DNA from: Metabacillus indicus LMG 22858 | GTDB lineage: Bacteria; Bacillota; Bacilli; Bacillales; Bacillaceae | Assembly: GCF_000708755.2 (NCBI RefSeq) | Contig: NZ_JGVU02000001.1 | Span: forward strand, 556,694 to 580,693 | Reading direction: 5' to 3' | Length of the DNA stretch: 24,000 nucleotides | Shown here: positions 18,077 through 23,864 of the stretch, one piece after another | Layout of the letters: the number at the start of each line of letters is the position of its first letter | How positions within the stretch are numbered: the first letter of the stretch is position 1 | Program-made: the position numbers and the translations under genes | Notes under the pieces: model-generated | Databases searched by the model: none | What the model was told of the DNA's origin: nothing | What the model saw: only the letters and a program-made list of their open reading frames with translations

Positions 18077-18658
18077 ATGCTTGATACACATGCAAGAAAA
18101 TATGTTCAGCCCATCATCCATCATTCTGCAAAGCGTCTCCTGCGAGCGGGACTCACGGCGAATCAGGTGACGGTTCTGGCTTTTATCATCGGTTCGTCTT
18201 CCGGCTTTTTCGTTTATATCGGACAGCCTTTCTGGGCCTTGGCCGTACTGTGGCTATCCGGATATTTGGATGCCGTTGACGGAACGATGGCGAGGCTGAC
18301 GAAACCTTCAGGATTTGGAACCGTTCTTGATATTACATTTGACAGGGTGGTTGAAATAAGCGTCATCGTAGGCCTTGCGTTTGCGTTTCCTGATGCGCGT
18401 CTTGCCCTTCTGCTGTTGTCGGTTTCTATTATCCTTTCAATGACAATCTTCCTTACAGTAGGGGCCGTCAGCGAAAAACAGGGAGTGAAAACCTTTTATT
18501 ATCAGGCTGGACTGGCTGAGAGGACAGAAGGATTTATTTTGTTTTCTCTTATGATTCTTTTAACTGATCACCTTATTCTAATTACCTATTTATTCTTTGC
18601 AATTGAACTGTTTACAGCCATGCAGAGGCTGAGAGAAGCGAAAACCATTTTGAAGTAG
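18077..18658 (+). CDS. CDP-alcohol phosphatidyltransferase family protein (YnjF-like subfamily, not PgsA-like)
   Basis: 193 aa, 9 nt after the previous stop, with SD GAGGAAAA. Motif DAVDGTMARLTKPSGFGTVLDITFD = D-x2-D-G-x2-A-R-x7-G-x3-D-x3-D. The N-terminus MLDTHARKYVQPIIHH and KTFYYQAGLAERTEG resemble my memory of E. coli YnjF. Confidence 0.8.
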   Translation: MLDTHARKYVQPIIHHSAKRLLRAGLTANQVTVLAFIIGSSSGFFVYIGQPFWALAVLWLSGYLDAVDGTMARLTKPSGFGTVLDITFDRVVEISVIVGLAFAFPDARLALLLLSVSIILSMTIFLTVGAVSEKQGVKTFYYQAGLAERTEGFILFSLMILLTDHLILITYLFFAIELFTAMQRLREAKTILK

Positions 18659-18669
18659 GGGGATCAGAC

Positions 18670-20091
18670 ATGGAATATGACGTAATTGTAATTGGCGGAG
18701 GATCAGGGGGGCTGACGGCTGCTGCAGGCGCTGCAAGCTTTGGGGCGAAGACGGCTTTAATAGAAAAAGAGAAAGCTTTAGGGGGAGACTGCCTTCACGC
18801 TGGCTGTGTTCCTTCTAAAGCTTTTATCGCTGCAGCAAACAAAGTGTACAGCGCTAAAAAAGCAGCAGCCGCGTTCGGACTTACCTCAGGCGGCAAAGCC
18901 GATATGAAAAAAGTGATGGAGTCCGTTCAAAGGGCGATAGCTGTTATTCAGGAGCATGATGATGATGAGCGTTTTGAGAGTCTTGGAATCGATGTGATTC
19001 ACGGCGAGGCCGTTTTTGTCTCAAGTCATGAGGTCAGTGTGGGAGATAACATCCTCAAAGGGAAAAAAATCATTCTTGCAACAGGCTCAAGACCGGCGAT
19101 TCCGGATATTGACGGCATCCGCGATTCCGGCTATTTGACAAACCGGAATGTATTTAATCTGGAGGTTCTGCCTGAAAGTCTTGCCGTTATAGGCGGAGGA
19201 CCGATCGGAGTGGAGCTTGCACAGGCTTTCTCCAGGCTTGGGACCCAAGTAACACTTATTGAAAGGTCCTCATTGCCGCTCTCAAAAGAAGATGATGAGA
19301 TCAGGGAGACCGCAGCCCGCCTGCTAAGTAAGGAATTCACCATTTTAACAGAAGCAGCCATTGAATCAGTGTCTTCTTTTGAAGACAGGAAAGAGCTTGT
19401 GATACGGCAGAATGATGTTCTTAAAACGCTTGAAGTGAGCCATATTCTCGTAGCAGCCGGAAGAAAACCGAACAGTGACGGGCTGAAGCTTGAGACTATA
19501 GGGGTCGAATGCGACGAGAAAGGAGCCGTGAAAGTCAACCGTTCCATGCAGACGAGCGTTCCGCATATTTTCGCCATCGGAGATGTTAACGGAAACCAGC
19601 TTTTTACTCATGCTGCCGGCCTGGAAGGAAAAGGCGTCGTTCAAAAAGCAGTCCTTGGATTGCCGCATACCGTCAAGTATGACAGCATGCCTTGGGTTAC
19701 ATATACGCACCCGGAGATCTTTCATCTTGGCATGACAGAGGATGAAGCGCGGAAAAATTACAGGGATATTGGCGTATACAAGGCTCTCCTCAATGAAGTG
19801 GACAGATTTATAGCCGAAGATGAGACAGAAGGATTTGTGAAAATCATAACGGATAAACACGGCGCTATCTTAGGTGCCCACGCAATAGGAGAGGGAGCGG
19901 GAGACTGGATGCAGCCTGTCGTATATGCCAGTCAGCTCGGGAAAAAAATCGGCGATCTTTCCCAGATGGTTTATCCTTATCCCAACAGGGCAGCAGCTGT
20001 TCAAAAAACGGCGGACCTGTACTGGAGAGAAAAACTTTTTTCAGGCATTGTGCCTAAACTGACAGAAAAATGGATCAAAGTAAAACGCTGA
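18670..20091 (+). CDS. Class-I pyridine nucleotide-disulfide oxidoreductase (dihydrolipoamide dehydrogenase / mercuric reductase-like)
   Basis: 473 aa with SD AGGGGGA. FAD fold VIVIGGGSGGLTAA, redox-active pair GGDCLHAGCVPSK, NAD fold LAVIGGGPIGVELA, FAIGDVNG, and a dimerisation-domain His in GAHAIGEGAGDWM. Confidence 0.85.
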   Translation: MEYDVIVIGGGSGGLTAAAGAASFGAKTALIEKEKALGGDCLHAGCVPSKAFIAAANKVYSAKKAAAAFGLTSGGKADMKKVMESVQRAIAVIQEHDDDERFESLGIDVIHGEAVFVSSHEVSVGDNILKGKKIILATGSRPAIPDIDGIRDSGYLTNRNVFNLEVLPESLAVIGGGPIGVELAQAFSRLGTQVTLIERSSLPLSKEDDEIRETAARLLSKEFTILTEAAIESVSSFEDRKELVIRQNDVLKTLEVSHILVAAGRKPNSDGLKLETIGVECDEKGAVKVNRSMQTSVPHIFAIGDVNGNQLFTHAAGLEGKGVVQKAVLGLPHTVKYDSMPWVTYTHPEIFHLGMTEDEARKNYRDIGVYKALLNEVDRFIAEDETEGFVKIITDKHGAILGAHAIGEGAGDWMQPVVYASQLGKKIGDLSQMVYPYPNRAAAVQKTADLYWREKLFSGIVPKLTEKWIKVKR

Positions 20092-20110
20092 AGAAAAATT
20101 CTTCAGCGTT
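20084..20110. terminator. Bidirectional terminator whose arms contain both convergent stop codons
   Basis: AACGCTGAAGAA (20084-20095) / TTCTTCAGCGTT (20099-20110): a perfect 12-bp inverted repeat. TGA of the + gene is at 20089-20091; TGA of the - gene is the complement of 20103-20105. T-rich flanks on both strands. Confidence 0.75.
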
Positions 20111-21179
20111 TCATCTTTTGCATATATCTTCTGTCAATCCAGTGCTTTATTTTCCAGGGGAAACTGCCGTATAAAGAGTATGTCCCGTATAGCAGAACCC
20201 CCTTTTTATTTCCTGCAGAAAGAATACTCAAATAGCGTTTTTTAGGTTTGAACGGCTTTAGCTTCTGCCCGAGCTGAAATCTCTTGATATTTTTAAACAA
20301 GACTGGAGCCTGCCGGACGGCATATACGCCGTTCTTTGCAAGACCGGGGTATTCCTCAAACGATACACAGTCTCCTGCACCAAAAATATAAGGAAACTGA
20401 ACAGATTGAAGAGTCTTTGAGACAAGCATAAAACCGTTCTCATCGCATGCAATCCCGCTTTCCTTCAGCATGGGATGCGGAGCCGGTCCTGTAAGGATAA
20501 GCGCTGAGTCGAAAGGAATCCTGCTGGTTTCTGTGTGTATTGATTGTAATTTGGCGGATACAGCTGACTGATGGAGAAAGAGCGGGATGTTGTTTTCTTC
20601 AAGCAGGCGTGTCAATCCTTTAGAGATATTTTCAGCTGCAGAAGGTGCTATGCCGCTGTTTGAAAGAATCGTAACATTTGAAAGGAACCCGTTTTTCCTT
20701 CTGTATGCTGATACGGATAATGCAAGCTCCAACCCTGCGATTCCTGCTCCTATAATAACGGGTGAGTCTGCTTCTCTGAATTTTCTCATCTTTTCAGGAA
20801 AGGTATAGGCCGGCTTTATGGAACGGACTGCCGGATGACCTGGAAAAGGGGAATGACTTTCTGACCCGAGGTTCAGGCTGAGCAGGTCAAAAGCCAATTT
20901 TCCCCCTGTTTGCAGAAGAACCTCCTTTTTCAATGGATCAATTCTGACTGCTTCTGCTTTTAAAAACTCCGCACCTGCTCTTCTGCAGAGCGCCTCAATA
21001 CTGAAAGTCAGATCTGCTTCCTCATAAAGCCCCTCTGAAAATCCGGAAAACATGCCGGAGTAAAACTGATATTCAGAAGGAGAAACACATGTGATGCGGC
21101 AATTCCATTTTTCTGATTTAGCTCTCTGAAGGAAGGAAGCGTGAACATGCCCTCCTCCAAGCAGCACCAAATGCTTCAT
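20103..21179 (-). CDS. FAD-dependent pyridine nucleotide-disulfide oxidoreductase family protein (NDH-2/SQR fold; resembles the 'N-terminal to SelD' TIGR03169 family)
   Basis: ORF 20103..21218, trimmed to ATG 21179-21177 (MKHLVLLGGGHVHASF, SD AAGGGGTG). Also YSGMFSGFSEGLY, a second Rossmann fold VIIGAGIAGLELA, and FGAGDC. There is no N-terminal CxxxxC. Confidence 0.7.
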   Translation of the reverse strand: MKHLVLLGGGHVHASFLQRAKSEKWNCRITCVSPSEYQFYSGMFSGFSEGLYEEADLTFSIEALCRRAGAEFLKAEAVRIDPLKKEVLLQTGGKLAFDLLSLNLGSESHSPFPGHPAVRSIKPAYTFPEKMRKFREADSPVIIGAGIAGLELALSVSAYRRKNGFLSNVTILSNSGIAPSAAENISKGLTRLLEENNIPLFLHQSAVSAKLQSIHTETSRIPFDSALILTGPAPHPMLKESGIACDENGFMLVSKTLQSVQFPYIFGAGDCVSFEEYPGLAKNGVYAVRQAPVLFKNIKRFQLGQKLKPFKPKKRYLSILSAGNKKGVLLYGTYSLYGSFPWKIKHWIDRRYMQKMKR

Positions 21180-21202
21180 TTGAACACCCCTTGACCGCAA
21201 TG

Positions 21203-21234
21203 AAAAGCACACGCGCATACAGCGGCGTGTGCAA
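21203..21234 (-). terminator. Leader (attenuator) terminator immediately upstream of the oxidoreductase RBS
   Basis: Minus strand: GCACACGC-CGCTGTATGC-GCGTGTGC followed by TTTTCATT. It ends about 25 nt before ATG 21179, with the SD lying between the terminator and the start codon. Confidence 0.7.
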
Positions 21235-21400
21235 TAAGTAGTTGTAATAGTAGACTGTACTTTTGTGAAAGTCTGATTGTTTCAGCCATGCCGGTACCAC
21301 CTACACGACGTAAGCCCTGCCTCTCAAACGTCCTTGCGGTTCCAAGCCCGCGCCAGCTGGAGTAAGTGAATTCATGATTGGCTGAAATCTTGCCTCTAGC
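21235..21400 (-). promoter_or_regulatory. Candidate riboswitch-like structured 5' leader of unknown class
   Basis: About 165 nt between a putative promoter and the leader terminator. Long-range 9-bp helix TTTCAGCCA (21387-21379) / TGGCTGAAA (21288-21280) encloses ~91 nt. An internal helix GACGT/ACGTC is present. CGTCGTGT can pair 7/8 with the terminator 5' arm ACACGCCG (anti-terminator). I could not match it to any riboswitch class I know. Confidence 0.45.
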
Positions 21401-21401
21401 C

Positions 21402-21429
21402 ATTATTTACCCGATATTCAGGTTGTGAA
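21402..21429 (-). promoter_or_regulatory. Putative sigma-A promoter for the structured leader
   Basis: Minus strand: TTCACA (21429-21424), 16-nt spacer, AATAAT (21407-21402). Confidence 0.35.
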
Positions 21430-21446
21430 ACACACCATAGAGAGTT

Positions 21447-21902
21447 TTATTTTATCTTGAGAAGCAGGTATCTGACGAAAAATCCAGCGGAGAGTCCGGG
21501 GATCAAAGAGAGCATAGGCAGCCATATCGGCCCTGGCAAAACTCCAAACAGCCGCACTTTGGGGGACAGCATTAACCCGACTGTTACAAAATAAGCACAG
21601 GATGCAAATGGCAGAAAGGACAGCTCAGGCTGATGTCCATCTGCATGTTTGTAAGCATCATACATAGCATACATGTAGATGCATGGATAAAACATGAGCC
21701 ATCCAAAGTCCACCGTCTGAAAAGCAGTATCTATTTCCCCTAAAAAGCTCAGCATAATTCCTCTGTTAAAATGGCTGTACGTATTTATAATCACTTCCAG
21801 AGCAATAAAAAGGATCCCCTTCACAAGCTGTCTGTTCAGCAGCTGCCCAAACCCCGGAAATGCTATGCTCCATAACAAAACTTCAAGCTTAGTTGTTTTC
21901 AC
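21447..21902 (-). CDS. Small integral membrane protein, function unknown
   Basis: 151-aa ORF with a GTG start. Four to five hydrophobic segments. N-terminal FPGFGQLLNRQLVKG motif. No terminator before the downstream leader. Confidence 0.55.
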   Translation of the reverse strand: MKTTKLEVLLWSIAFPGFGQLLNRQLVKGILFIALEVIINTYSHFNRGIMLSFLGEIDTAFQTVDFGWLMFYPCIYMYAMYDAYKHADGHQPELSFLPFASCAYFVTVGLMLSPKVRLFGVLPGPIWLPMLSLIPGLSAGFFVRYLLLKIK

Positions 21903-22089
21903 ATTCTAACCTGCCTATCCCTGTCTGTCTTATGTATAGAAGAATATGATCTAATGTTATTTTCTGTAAAAAAACAGAGAACATACAGTAAATTTGAACA
22001 TGAAAAGTAAAAGATGAAAAAAATGATGCCTGACAATGCTACTCCATTCATGATATCCATGTATAACATTCATGAAAGGAGGTGATGAA

Positions 22090-22308
22090 ATGGCAGAAAC
22101 AGTCATTCTTGATTCACAGCTCCGCCTTGTGTTTGATATGGGTCTAAATGAAAAGGGCGAGCCGGCAGTTAAGTACAAAAATTACAACAACATTAAGACA
22201 ACAGCAACGCCTGAACAGCTGCTGCAGGCAGCAGCAGCCATTGCGGAACTGCAGACGGAAACGCTTTTGCATGTTGAACGCAATGATTCTCATCAAGTCA
22301 TGGCGTAA
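22090..22308 (+). CDS. DUF1659-family small protein
   Basis: ORF 22072..22308; ATG 22090 lies 7 nt after the GGAGG core (22078-22082). 72 aa, MAETVILDSQLRLVFDMGLNEKGEP..., which fits my memory of PF07872 and its usual pairing with DUF2922. Confidence 0.65.
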   Translation: MAETVILDSQLRLVFDMGLNEKGEPAVKYKNYNNIKTTATPEQLLQAAAAIAELQTETLLHVERNDSHQVMA

Positions 22309-22344
22309 TGAAAAAACAGCTGGAGGGAAGGAGGTGGGAGGACT

Positions 22345-22560
22345 ATGGCAAAAACACTTGAACTTCATTTTTTAAATGAAGAGGGAAAAATCGTGAAACT
22401 GATGATCGATTCTCCGAAAGAACCTGTTGTGCCCGGTGACGTGTCACTTGCAATGGATGAAATTCTTGCATCCAACGCATTTTTTTCAGCGGGGGGAAAC
22501 TTCATCAGCAAAAAAGGAGGCCGCATCGTTGAGCGCAATGTAGCAGACCTGACGATATAA
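22345..22560 (+). CDS. DUF2922-family small protein
   Basis: 71 aa, with a very strong SD GGAGGGAAGGAGGTGGGAGG at 22322-22341. MAKTLELHFLNEEGKIVKL...; its position downstream of DUF1659 is typical. Confidence 0.65.
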   Translation: MAKTLELHFLNEEGKIVKLMIDSPKEPVVPGDVSLAMDEILASNAFFSAGGNFISKKGGRIVERNVADLTI

Positions 22561-22566
22561 AGATAG

Positions 22567-22607
22567 AGGGCCGGATCCCATGCACGGAGGATCCGGCCCT
22601 TTCCTGT
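22567..22607 (+). terminator. Rho-independent terminator
   Basis: AGGGCCGGATCC (22567-22578) / GGATCCGGCCCT (22589-22600): 12-bp stem, 10-nt loop, then TTCCTGTATT. Confidence 0.7.
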
Positions 22608-22693
22608 ATTCAAATCATGCCGGCTGTTAACAGTTGAAAAAACGTGTTTTCAGTCTTTGTGCAATAAATGATGGAAAAGGAGGAAAACCTAAT

Positions 22694-22834
22694 ATGGAAG
22701 AATGGATTCAAGTAGTGAGTGAAGTCGGATTTCCAATCGTGGTGACGCTCTATTTGCTGCATAGAATTGAAAGTAAACTGGACACTCTGAACAGTACAAT
22801 CCAGATGCTTCCAAATCAGCTGAACAGCAAGTAA
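22694..22834 (+). CDS. YvrJ-family small membrane protein
   Basis: ORF 22634..22834, trimmed to ATG 22694 after AAAGGAGG (22676-22683). 46 aa, MEEWIQVVSEVGFPIVVTLYLLHRIESKLDTL..., which matches the YvrJ (PF12841) pattern as I recall it. Confidence 0.7.
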   Translation: MEEWIQVVSEVGFPIVVTLYLLHRIESKLDTLNSTIQMLPNQLNSK

Positions 22835-22872
22835 GACTGTGCCGGCCCTCACCGGCGTTAGGAAGTGAACAA

Positions 22873-23736
22873 GTGGATGTTTATGATGACCTGAAAAAGG
22901 GGGAGCGCGGAGCTTGGCTGAGCATCGCATCCTATTTAATTCTGGCAGCGGCAAAACTCTCGATCGGCTATCTTTATTCCTCTCAGGCTCTGCTTGCAGA
23001 CGGCCTGAACAACGGCACGGACGTTATTGCCTCCGCTGCCGTTCTGGTCGGGCTGAAAATCTCCCAGAAGCCGCCGGATAAGGACCACCCGTATGGACAT
23101 TTCAAAGCAGAGGCCATAGCTGCGCTTGTCGCATCTTTTATTATCATGTCAGTGGGGCTTCAAGTATTGTTTGAAGGCTTTAAATCTATTATTGAGCCGA
23201 AAACAGAATCCCCAAGCCTAATTACCGCATGGGCGGCCATTATCAGTGCGGCCATCATGTACGGTGTTTACAGATATAACCGGGCTCTGACTGCAAAAAT
23301 CAACTCCAAAGCTCTCGTTGCCGCCGCCCATGACAACAGATCGGATGCGCTTGTAAGTCTGGGGGCGTTTGCCGGCATTGCAGCCTCTCAGTTTGGGATT
23401 GCGTGGTTTGATACTCTTACAGCCATTACCATTGGGTTTATCATCTGTAAAACAGCATGGGATATCTTTAAAGATACGGCCCATTCTCTGACAGACGGTT
23501 TTGATGACCAGAAGCTTCTCAGCTTTAAATCCACCGTTGAATCAACACCGGGAGTCGACCGAATAAAGGATATTAAAGCAAGGTACCTCGGAAGCAGTGT
23601 TCTTGTTGATGTCGTAATTGAGGTCCATGCCGGATTGAATGTGACTGAAAGCCATGAAATTACAGATCTCGTTGAAAGAAGGATGGAAATGGAACACAAG
23701 ATTTCTCATGTCCATGTTCATATTGAACCATCCTGA
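22873..23736 (+). CDS. Cation diffusion facilitator (CDF) family metal efflux transporter
   Basis: 287 aa, GTG start after AGGAAGTGA. Six TMs, TM2 ALLADGLNNGTD, TM5 AAHDNRSDAL, and a C-terminal cytoplasmic domain ending HVHVHIEP. Confidence 0.85.
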   Translation: MDVYDDLKKGERGAWLSIASYLILAAAKLSIGYLYSSQALLADGLNNGTDVIASAAVLVGLKISQKPPDKDHPYGHFKAEAIAALVASFIIMSVGLQVLFEGFKSIIEPKTESPSLITAWAAIISAAIMYGVYRYNRALTAKINSKALVAAAHDNRSDALVSLGAFAGIAASQFGIAWFDTLTAITIGFIICKTAWDIFKDTAHSLTDGFDDQKLLSFKSTVESTPGVDRIKDIKARYLGSSVLVDVVIEVHAGLNVTESHEITDLVERRMEMEHKISHVHVHIEPS

Positions 23737-23738
23737 AG

Positions 23739-23767
23739 AAGCGGCCGGATTCGGCCGCTTTTTTTTG
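23739..23767 (+). terminator. Rho-independent terminator
   Basis: AAGCGGCCG (23739-23747), loop GATT, CGGCCGCTT (23752-23760), then a T7 run. Confidence 0.85.
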
Positions 23768-23864
23768 GCATCTGCCGCAGATTTATTTCTCGACACAATC
23801 ATACAAAGGGAATTCTGCTCGTGAAGCGAATGTAATATAGTATGAAACGTAAGGAGGATGAATC

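Noticed and set aside
19131-19860. Two overlapping antisense ORFs (148 and 164 aa) inside the disulfide reductase gene
   Set aside because: They are shadow ORFs opposite a gene with complete FAD/NAD/CxxxxC motifs. They have no SD and no recognisable motifs.
21290-21305. T-box riboswitch call based on GGTGGTACCG (minus strand)
   Set aside because: Only the core decamer matches. No terminator or anti-terminator follows immediately (about 65 nt intervene). I cannot find Stem I features (AG bulge, specifier loop, distal loop motifs) or an F-box. The downstream gene is not an aminoacyl-tRNA-related function.
21176-21403. 75-aa minus-strand ORF (MARGKISANHEF...CACAFHCGQGVFK) whose TGA overlaps the oxidoreductase ATG (ATGA)
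   Set aside because: It has a poor SD, and its ATG sits inside the predicted -10. Its composition is Arg/Gly-rich and unlike neighbouring proteins. Its Cys-rich C-terminus is simply the translation of the terminator hairpin. I kept it as the alternative hypothesis to the RNA-leader interpretation.
22634-22693. Longer TTG-initiated form of the YvrJ ORF (extra MKKRVFSLCAINDGKGGKPN)
   Set aside because: There is no SD before the TTG. The perfect AAAGGAGG lies inside the extension, correctly spaced for ATG 22694, and YvrJ-family proteins are ~45-60 aa beginning near MEEW.
22610-22954. 114-aa minus-strand ORF spanning the yvrJ gene and the CDF start
   Set aside because: It overlaps two plus-strand genes that have strong SDs and family-typical sequences. 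It has no SD or recognisable features.
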